Below are positions 25,356 through 34,903 of a stretch of 64,000 nt of DNA, one piece after another. Each line of letters begins with the position of its first letter. The first letter of the stretch is position 1. The position numbers and the translations under genes were made by a program. The notes under the pieces are model-generated. The model made no database searches. It worked only from the letters and a program-made list of their open reading frames with translations, and had not been told where the DNA came from. The DNA comes from Octopus sinensis (lineage: Eukaryota): assembly GCF_006345805.1 (NCBI RefSeq), contig NC_043007.1, positions 36,766,001 through 36,830,000 on the forward strand. Reading direction: 5' to 3'.

Positions 25356-25776
25356 TTGAGATTGAGGGAGTGGAACGAGTAAAATCCAGGTGGTGAGTTA
25401 ACTTGGAAACTCCAAGCGACAATATAACTTTCATGTAATTAAAGTATTCTCGGCCTGATGATTAGCTAAGTTGAGTACCCCTCATTGAGTATTTATTACA
25501 TCAGAGGATCATCTAGCTAAGATACATATGTAACCTGGGTTTTACCCGTTTCACTTACTCAGTTTGGATTTCTATTCGCATTTGTAGTAACTCTAGTTGC
25601 AAACTGTGAGCTATAAAGAAAGTTTCATTCAGCTTGTTGAATTTCCCCATAACTTCAGTATGGGATAAAGTATGTAACCTTCAATGCCAATAAATTGTTA
25701 TTATTCCTGATTGTACTGTCCACTTTTTGTTTTCTATCTATACTTGCCATGCACTGCTTGAAGCTACACTTGTATA

Positions 25777-26083
25777 GCGTTGAGTGTTTATTGAGCGAAA
25801 ACACCTAAAGCTCCACGAGGCTCCAGCAGGGGATGGTGGTGATCCCTGCTGTACTTTTTCACCACAACTTTCTCTCACTCTTACTTCCTGTTTCTGTTGT
25901 ACCTGTATTTCAAAGGGCCGGCCTTGTCACTCTCTGTGTCACGCTGAATATCCTCGAGAACTACGTTAAGAGTACACGTGTCTGTGGAGTGCTCAGCCAC
26001 TTACACGTTAATTTCACGAGCAGGCTGTTCCGTTAATTTGGATCAACCGGAACCCTCGTCGTCGTAACCGACGGAGTGCTTCC
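25777..26083 (+). mobile_element. SINE family C variant, headless
   Basis: gagtgtttattgagcgaaaacacctaaagctccacgagg shared with 416-714 family but different 3' tail; copy at 51401-51695(-). Confidence 0.8.
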
Positions 26084-26102
26084 AATATATATACCACCAA
26101 GT

Positions 26103-26730
26103 AAGTTAGGGGTTGTGGATCCAACCCACTAAGGGATAATATTTATCCAATATACTGTTGGTATAATACCCTAATTATTAATACACAAGTGTTTTTAATT
26201 GCAATGCATTAAACTTACTTATTGTATTAAATGGGTGAAGGTAAAGAAATATTTTACCATTAATTTATATTACAAATAAGAAAATGGAGGAACACATTAG
26301 TTGGTTTATCAGCTTTAGGATATTAGAATGTTGTCTTATTTAATTATCAAAACTACAACCATAATAACATACATATATACAGTATAAAATTCAATATATT
26401 TAAGATAAGAATAGAAGTAATTAAAAAAAACATTAATATAAATTAAGAAAGTTAGAGGTTGTGAATTCAACCAACTAAGGGATAATATCTATGCAATATA
26501 CTGCTGGTAGAATACCCAATTATTAATGCACAAGTGTTTTTTCATTGCATGACAATTACATTACCGAGTGTAATAAATGGGTGAGGGTAAAGAGATATTT
26601 TACCATTAATTTATATAGGAATAAGAAAATGGAAGGGATCAGTAGGTGGTATTCAACAGCTTTTAGACATTATATTATGTCAATTTATTTATTTACTAAA
26701 AGGACAATTATAACAATATACATACATGTA
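26103..26730. repeat. Diverged ~350-bp direct duplication
   Basis: agttag(g/a)ggttgtg..actaagggataatat..aatgggtga(a/g)ggtaaaga at ~26103 and ~26450. Confidence 0.8.
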
Positions 26731-26875
26731 TAACATATTATGCTTTACATATATAAAATATAAAATATAAAAATATCAGTAATTATTAAAATATATAACA
26801 TATGGCAATAGAAATTGGGATAATATCTTACAGCTATTTCAGCCAAGAGGCAATAATACCCCATTCTACTTTTAT

Positions 26876-28091
26876 CCCTCCAGTGGGCTGAAGTAATTAG
26901 TAGATGAAATTGAGGTAGATGCATTGAGGTGTTTCTCTAGGCTTCATCAGAGATTTTAAAAAGTACATAAGGTTAAGTTATATATATAAATGCACACACA
27001 TATACATACTTTTACATATACATAAATACATATACCTGCACTTAAATGTACATGCAAATGTGTATGTATATGCAAACAAATGAATCAATTATTATTATTA
27101 TTATTATTATATGCATTATATTATTCATATTAGATAAAATATAAACAGAGGTATGAGAAAGTTATTATATTATATTATATAGTTATAATGATACAAACTG
27201 CTGGGATCTTTTCGGCTTGAACGGCAGTTTTTAACATAATTTCTAGGTAATTAAAAAATGTTAAACTTCGTATACTGGTAGAATGTGTTTATAAAACATC
27301 TTTTTCTCTTGGCTTTATTAAGAAAATTCTATAGTTTGTAAGATATTTGTTGTTTTTTTTTCTTCAATTTCTGCAATTTCAACCAATCACTGACGTCTAT
27401 TGAGGTAAAAAACATTCTGTGCCGTATGAATATGTCCCTCGTTTAAGAAACAGATTGGGTTTATTTACATTTGTGAAGAAAAAAAGACATCCCCCCACCC
27501 CTAATCCTAACTAACCCTAACCCTAAAACAGATTGAAATGCAATAGATCGATACTAGGGTCATAATTATGGGTGACAATTTCATATGACACCGCGTTCAA
27601 ACCGAAAAGATCCAACTGCTGCATTAATCCTCCTTCTAAACACATCTAATATGTATGTATGTACCTATGAGTATGTTTGTACGAAAATATGTATATATAT
27701 ATATATGTATGTATGTATATGTGTATTCCCCATGTATATTACATAACTAAAATAATCTTAAGATATATTGATTTTATAAATTACAATATTACTCCTCTTA
27801 TAATAACTTTTTCATACCTCTGTTCATATTTTATCTAATATGAATAATATAATGCATCTAATAATAATAATGATTGATTCATTTGTATGCATATACATAC
27901 ACATATGCATGTAAATTTAAGTGCAGGTATATGTATTTATGTATATGCATGTATATGTAAAAGTGTGTATATATGTTTGTGTATTTATATATATAACTTA
28001 ACCTTATGTACCTTTCTAAAATCTCTGATGAAGCCTAGAGAAATGCATCTACCTCAATTTCATCTTATAATTACTTCAGCCCACTGGAGGG
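26876..28091. repeat. Long inverted repeat (~290-bp arms), Penelope-like
   Basis: 26876-27167 is the reverse complement of 27801-28091; both arms contain tctCTGATGAagcctagaGAAA. Confidence 0.9.
27204..27613. mobile_element. 410-bp MITE with 8-bp TSD (Merlin-like by termini)
   Basis: TIR GGATCTTTTCGG(C/T)TTGAACG; perfect TSD AACTGCTG at 27196-27203 and 27614-27621. Confidence 0.85.
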
Positions 28092-28400
28092 TTAAATATA
28101 TAATGAGATATTACGCTTCCCATGTTCCTATATACTCAGTACATTTGCCATTTCCTTTTATGTCTTGCAGATGAATGATCTCAGGGACTTCATTATCGAA
28201 TTTTAGCGTGATTTTATTTCATAATCAATTCCTGTTCTGCGTTGTCAATTACCTATCTTTCACAATCTAATCTAATGTTAATTGTCACAGGTCCAAGAGA
28301 GGTAACTCTTACAGTAGTTGCTGACATCTTTTTTTTTAGTTTATTTTTGTTGTTATTTAACCCCAGTTCAACACTGATCGATTTAGAAGACCTATGATCC

Positions 28401-28704
28401 GAGTCATTCCAGCCATGACCATTCCGTCTATTTAGCAGGTTACAATGTCAGATGTGTTTTGTTTCTTTGTAAAATACTAAAGGTGTGATTTGAGGGAAAT
28501 TTGGCTGCTATTTCTAGCAGCTTGAGTGACAGCGAATTGTTCCTCTACAGCAGAGTCATTCCAGCCATGACCATTCCGTCTATTTAGCAGGTTACAATGT
28601 CAGATGTGTTTTGTTTCTTTGTAAAATACGAAAGGTGTGATTTGAGGGAAATTTGGCTGCTATTTCTAGCAGCTTGAGTGACAGCGAACTGTTCCTCCAC
28701 AGCA
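28401..28704. repeat. 152-bp tandem duplication within an interspersed repeat
   Basis: Units 28401-28552 and 28553-28704 differ at 3 positions; the gtgtgatttgagggaaatttggctgctatttctagc motif recurs at 20.7, 21.1, 37.9, 38.2, 47.3 kb. Confidence 0.9.
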
Positions 28705-28844
28705 GTCCTCTGCAACCGGTTTGCTGTTGCACACTAGTGTGCCACTAGATGCTAGGTGTGCCCCAGTGTAACCTGCATGCAATTTTTCCCCCCATACTTT
28801 TTGTTATATTTTTAGTTCAGGTGTGCTGCCGAATTTTGAAAAGA

Positions 28845-29062
28845 ATATATATTTCTTTACTACCCACAAGGGGCTAAACACAGAGAGGACAAACAAGGAT
28901 GGACAGACGGATTAAGTCGTTTACACTTACCCCAGTGCGTAAGTGCAATTTCTATTTAAGGATGAAAGGCAAGGTCGACCTCGGCAGAATTTGAACTCAG
29001 AACTCAGACGAAATACTGCTAAGCATTTCGCCCGGCATGCTAACGTTTCTGCCAGCTCACAG
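28845..29062 (-). mobile_element. SINE family B
   Basis: Same family as 2887-3235. Confidence 0.85.
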
Positions 29063-29446
29063 CCCTTTTGAAAAGAATATAAGTGTTCCGCAGGTGAGAA
29101 AAGGTTGCCGAGCACTTCTCTACAGCAGTGTACTTAACCATTTTTCATAGTACCCTCCTTTTAAGTAGTTATTATGCCTAGCGCCCACCTATGTGGCGAG
29201 TGAGGTATCCCAAATTTCAGACCTTGTGCCTATAGTAGAAGGTATTATTATTTTATTGTTATTGCTATTCTCATTATTAAGGTGACTGGATTCCTGCTTG
29301 AGCTGCTTTCCTCCTCCGCCTCCTCCAAGATGCAGTCAGTGTTTATTACCCTTTGTCTGCAGTTTAACATTTTCCCGCATCAGTTGTCATCTTGGAAGTT
29401 GATACCAGACAAAAGAAACTGAAGCACTCAGACACAGTTAAGGAAA

Positions 29447-29457
29447 ATGGCCAACTG
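29447..29457 (+). CDS. disp: Dispatched, putative first coding exon (ATG GCC AAC TG|)
   Basis: aaaATGG context, in-frame TGA upstream at 29420, gtaaaa donor, phase 2 matches next exon (M-A-N-C-Y-S-R). Short, so uncertain; acceptor possibly at 29363. Confidence 0.5.
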
Positions 29458-29499
29458 GTAAAAGCATAAATTTCTTATCTACACATGCACACACACATG

Positions 29500-29531
<32 letters not shown>

Positions 29532-29612
29532 CGTGCACATGTGCACATACACACTTAAAGGTGCCATGCATGGTTATGCACATACACACTTAAAGGTGCA
29601 TGCATGGTTGTA

Positions 29613-29975
29613 CACCATTCACTGTACATCACCGTGCCCCCTTCACTGTGATGGCCTCTGATAACATGATCACACACACACCCACGCACATGCACACACA
29701 CATGCACACACACATGCACACATACACACTCACACACACACACATGTGCACATGCACACTTAAAGGTGCAGGCATGGTTGTTATCTTCTATTGTTCATAC
29801 CTGCTCCCTTGTATATGATGTTATGGGTCTTGTCATTCTCTGTAAATCAACATGTTCTCTTCAATTTGATAGCATTAGGGGGTTTCACCATTCACTGTTC
29901 ATCACCGTGCCCCCTTCACTGTGATGGCCTCTGATAATATAATCACACACACACCCACGCACGCACGCACATGCA
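29613..29975. repeat. 273-bp-spaced direct duplication embedded in (CA)n
   Basis: caccattcactgt(a/t)catcaccgtgccccttcactgtgatggcctctgataa at 29613 and 29886. Confidence 0.85.
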
Positions 29976-30164
29976 CACAAACGCACACACACACTACTAT
30001 CATTTTTCTAACTTCAGGTGTGTTTATGTGTTTGTGTCTCTATATACTTGGATATATCTGCTGTATGTACTGCATATGTCTGCACATGTGTATTGCATAT
30101 ACTTGCATATGTGTATGTTGTATATGCCATGTGTGTGTGCTGTGTTTGTCTATCTTTGTCCATG

Positions 30165-30800
30165 TCCATCATCATCATCATCATCATCATCGTTTAACGT
30201 CCATTTTCCATGCTAGCATGGGTTGGACAGTTCGACCGGGGTCTGGGAAGCCAGGAGGCTGCACCAGGCTCCAGTCTGATCTGGCAGTGTTTCTATAGCT
30301 GGATGCCCTTCTTAACGCCAACCACTCCGTGAGTGTAGTGGGTGCTTTTTATGTGCCACCGGCACAGGTGCTAGGGGAGGCTGGCAGCAGCCACGATCGG
30401 TTGGTGCTTTTTATGTGCCACTGGCACGGAAGCCAGTCAAGGCGGCACTGGCATCACCCACGTTTGGATGGTGCTTTTTATGTGCCACCAGTACAGGTAT
30501 CACAACTGCAATTTCCATTTGATTTTTTGATGCTGATGTACTTGACTCAATAGGTCTCCTCAAGCACAGCAGGTCACATGCCACCGCCACAGAAGCCAGT
30601 CAAGGCGGCACTGGCATCGGCCACGTTCGGATAGTGCTTTTTACATTCCACTGGCACAGGTATCACACCTGCAATTTCTATTTGATTTTTTTATTTTGAT
30701 GTTGATATACTTGACTCAGTAGGTCTCCTCAAGCACAGCAGGTTGTCCTACGATCCAAGGTAAGCACAGCAGGCCATTCTGAGGTCCATATCCAAGGTTA
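30165..30800 (-). mobile_element. RTE-type LINE 3' UTR (intronic, antisense to disp)
   Basis: (cat)n then tttaacgtccattttccatgctagcatgggttggac; internal subrepeats. Confidence 0.75.
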
Positions 30801-30880
30801 AATGCGATTATTATGTGTAGGCATGTCTATGTACATATAAATCATGGTGATAACATAACTTCTCTCTCTTTCTCTCCTAG

Positions 30881-31004
30881 CTACTCCCGTCTGCTGGTGC
30901 ACCATCCTTATGCTGTGCTGACAATGATAACTGTATTTGGAACTGCAGCTTTACTGATCTCTTGTTTCTTCAGTAAAGGTTTTGACTTTGAGCAACCTCG
31001 AGCT
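30881..31004 (+). CDS. disp: Dispatched exon encoding TM1
   Basis: ctctcctag acceptor, gct|gtgagt donor; YSRLLVHHPYAVLTMITVFGTAALLISCFFSKGFDFEQPRA aligns by eye with DISP1 YSALIADWPVVVL...PDFSDPLL. Confidence 0.85.
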
Positions 31005-31166
31005 GTGAGTACTTCTCTTAAGACATTCTGTGTGTGGTTAGATGTTTGTGTGTGTGTGTGTGTGATTTCATGAATATGCATATATGTTTACCAGCATGTG
31101 CATAAGTGTGTGTGTGGTTAAATGTTGCTGTATTTGTGTGTGTGATTTTTTTAAATATTAGTATAT

Positions 31167-31543
31167 AGGCGCAGGAGTGGCTGTATGGTAAGTAGCTTGC
31201 TTACCAACCACATGGTTCCAGGTTCAATCCCACTGTGTGGCACGTTGGGCAAGTGTCTTCTGCTATAGCCTTGGGCCGACCAAAGCCTTGTGAGTGGATT
31301 TGGTAGACAGAAACTGGAAGAAGCCCATCGTGTATATGTATATATGTGTGTGTGTGTTTGTTCCCGCAACATCGCTTGACAAGCAATGCTGGTGTGTTTA
31401 CGTCCCTATAACTTAGCAGTTCAGCAAAAGTGCCGATAGAATAAGTACTAGGCTTCCAAAGAATAAGTCCTGGGGTCGATTTGCTTGATTAAAGGTGGTG
31501 CTCCAGCATGGCTGCAGTCAAATGACTGAAACAAGTAAAAGAG
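31167..31543 (+). mobile_element. SINE family A, full length (intronic)
   Basis: aggcgcaggagtggctg head to aaacaagtaaaagag tail. Confidence 0.9.
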
Positions 31544-32593
31544 TATGTAAGAGTAACTAGATCTTAGTATTCTGTGTGTGATTAAATGTTTGCGTGTGTG
31601 AGTGCGATATTAAATGATGGCATTTGAGTGTGTGTATGTGTGTATGCATATGCATATGTATGCTTCATCAATAGTTGGTGTACATATGTGTCTATGTGTG
31701 TCTGTATGAGAATGTATGAGGCTAAATGTTTGCATGTGTGTGTGTGTGTGTTTTCTTGATGTAAAATTTATTGATGTTGTTGTTATTTAGCCCCAGGCAA
31801 GCCCTAATTAAGCAGGCATTCAATTCATAAACATTCCTCTCTTGTAAGAATAGAAGAGTGTGTTTTGATATAGATTTGCTTGCTGTTTCTAACTAATTTG
31901 AGTGACCTCATAGGGGTAGATTTGTTACAGAGGTGTAAGTGAAACTTCTTGTTGGTGAGTAAAGCATAGCCAACATAGTTGATCCTCATATATTACTGGT
32001 ACCCATTACCAGTGAAGGAATTTCTACCTGTTCTCTTCACCCATAAGAAATAGCAGCCAAATTCCCCTCAACTGAGCTTTAGTGTCTTGTGATCCGCGGA
32101 CTCCCAGCAAGGCTTCCCTCATATAATCCCTCATCTTTTAAAAATATGAAAAGATGTATGGGACAATGTAGACCTTGATGCATTATACTTGGAAATATGA
32201 AGGGATGGTCATGGAGAGAATACTTTTGGTCATAGATCAATCCGTGTATACTGTATATTAATGGTACTTATTGCCAGTGAGGGAACCTTGCTTTACCTGT
32301 TAGAAATAACAGCTAAATCTCACTCAAATTAATCCTTCTATCTTAAAAAACAGAAAACTACATAGAATAATGTTGTCCTAGATAAACTATGCTTGAAAAT
32401 TAGGTGGTCATGGCTGGAATGCTTTTGATCTTATGTCTTCTTGATCAGGGCCAGTCTTGGGTTAAACAACAGCAGGATTTTATTTTAAAACAATTCTTTT
32501 TAAATTATGAAATTTTTCTATTTTATCTATTTTTTTCTATTTATTTCTTTTATTTTTTTTCAACTTGCATCACCTCCTGCCTTGCTTGCCCAG

Positions 32594-33065
32594 GGATTTG
32601 AAACTCGAGGGACAGAAATAAGCAACAGAGTCATTGCCTTTGGTAATCTGCAGACTGCTAGTGAGACTTCCCTGTCACTGGCACCTTCTTTGGACAGGGA
32701 CAAATTCAGATTTGGTGTACAGAGCAAACCTTCGAGAAAGAAGAACAGCAAGGCCAAAAAGCATCGGAAGAATAACAAAAGCAAGAAGAAGAAGAAGAAG
32801 AGGAAAAAGAAGAAAAAGAAGAAAAAACGGAACAGAAACAAGAAGAGGAAGAGGAAGAAGAAAAAGAACAGCATGAATAACAGCAGCAGCAGCAGCAGCA
32901 ACAATAACAACAAGAAAATGAAGAGGAAAAGAATGAGAAAAAACAAAGGCAAAAGTGAAAAAGCAAGGATGAGAAAGCAGAGCAGGAAACAGCAAAAGAG
33001 AAGGAGAAATAAAATACGTCAACAGCTTCAGAATGTTACAACTGGTTACTTCTGTGATGATCTTG
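32594..33065 (+). CDS. disp: Dispatched exon: start of ECD1 with polybasic insertion
   Basis: Pyrimidine tract + cag acceptor (phase 0), cttg|gtaagt donor (phase 1); GFETRGTEISNRVIAFGNL (cf. GFEPRGTAIGQRL..W) and GYFCDDL (cf. FFCDVP). Confidence 0.9.
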
Positions 33066-33289
33066 GTAAGTTGCTGCACTTTTGTTGTCGGGGAGGACAG
33101 GGGTCACCTTCAGTTCCAACTTCAAGTTTAGGTGTGGTTTCCTTGACCATTGCAATGTATCCCAAATCCTCCTCCTCCTCCTCCTCCTCATCATCATCAT
33201 CATTATCATCATCATCATCATCACCATCATCATCACCCCCCTCTTCCTCATCATCCTCCCTCCTCCTCCTCATCGTCACCACCACCACC

Positions 33290-33765
33290 ATCATTTAATG
33301 TCCGCTTTCCATGCTAGCATGGGTTGGACGATTTGAACTGAGGGCTGGCGAACCAGATGGCTGCACCAGGCTCCAATCTTGATCTGGCAGGAGTTTCTAC
33401 AGCTGGATGCCCTTCCTAACGTCAACCACTCCGAGAGTGTAGTGGATGCTTTTACGTGCCACCGGCACGAGGGCCAGTCAGGTGGTATTGGCAACGGCCA
33501 CGCTGAAATGGTGTTTTTTATGTGCCACCTGCACAGGAGCCAATCCAGCGGCACTGGCAATGACCTAGCTCGAATGTTTTTTCACATGCCACCAGCACAA
33601 GTGCCAGTAAAGTGATGCAGGTAACGATCACGCTCGAATGGTGTTTTTTACGTGACAGCGGCACGGAGGTCAGCTTGTTGCTCTGGCAACAATCATGCTT
33701 GTATGGTAGTCTTAGCGCTCCACTAGCACGGATGCCAGTCATTGAATTTGATTTCAATTTCGATT
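33290..33765 (-). mobile_element. RTE-type LINE 3' UTR (intronic)
   Basis: Reverse complement of 6330-6800 family. Confidence 0.8.
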
Positions 33766-33984
33766 TTGCATTGTATCTTCTTCATACAAATTTTTTGGGA
33801 TAGACCTAATTTGTCCTCTGGTTTAACCTTTTCAATAGCAACCTGCCTGAAACCACCCTTGACTCTTTGAGACAAATTTCTTGTTTTAAAGTGATAAAAT
33901 AAAAACCTTCCATCAAAATTTAATACCAATTTATGTTCCAAACACCATCTTACTGATTACTAAATAGTTAGTTATTTCTCTCCA

Positions 33985-34240
33985 TGTCATGAGGCACATA
34001 AAACTGCAACACAACCTCTCTGACCAGCTCTGTTTTCTGACACTGTTCTGGTCTCATTCCAACTTCTCCACCCTTCACGCCTCCTTTCCTTATCAATGGT
34101 CCTTTGCCATGTGGTTTTAGGGCACCCTGCTGCTCTTTTCCCCTCAGGCTTCCACCTTAGTGCCATCATACAATCGTTTTCTTGATCTTGTCCGAGAATA
34201 TGTCCAATCCAGTTCAGCATCTGTATCTTGTACTTCATTA
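33985..34240 (-). mobile_element. RTE-like LINE C-terminal fragment
   Basis: WIGHIL......CMMALRWKPEGKR..G.PKTTWQRTI.KE. Confidence 0.8.
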
Positions 34241-34903
34241 CTTCAAAAATTGATTAGAATAAAAACAGAAGTATGCTAAAAAAGGGTTGATACTACAATA
34301 TCACTCTCCTTTGTCAACTCCTCTATTACGCTCAGAGCCCTAAGGTCAGCTTTCACTACTTCATCCCATGTCTTCTTAGGTTTCTCCCTTTCACAAGTAC
34401 CAGTTACATAAAGCAAGTGGCACTTTTTCATTACCGCTGTCCTCACCCATACACATCACCAGATTTTTTTATGGTTCTTGTTGCCAACCCTCACCTGTTA
34501 CCAAGCAAGGTAATATCTCCTCGTGTCCAAGTATGTTTTTCTTGGCAGACTGGAAACAAACAAATATTGCTTGTATGATGATGAAGCTTGTTTACAGCCA
34601 TCATGTGATGACAAGGCAAGGACACACACATATGATGGCCCTCTTTCAGTTTCTCTCTTTCAAAGCTTTGGTTGGTCTGGGGCTTTAGTAGAAGACACTT
34701 GCCCAAGGTGCCATGCAGTGAGACTGAACATGAAACCACATTGTTGGGAAGCAAGTTTCTTAACCACACAGCTACACCTGTACCTATAATTCATTTTTGA
34801 AAGTATGTTCTTGAACCATTTATTCTGTAAAGATGATTCTTCTACTAAGAACTTAAATTATATTTTTATTAAAACTTTTCTCTTTTCTGCTTTATTGTTC
34901 CAG

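Noticed and set aside
25151-25475. CTGATGA strings at 25152 and 25456 (also 10011, 48223)
   Set aside because: No downstream stem II-GAAA-UH arrangement.
32560-33294. Overlapping ORFs of poly-F/L, poly-S, poly-D/E on both strands
   Set aside because: By-products of triplet repeats in the disp exon and adjacent intron; the ORF-track 32507-33298 protein reads through both splice sites.
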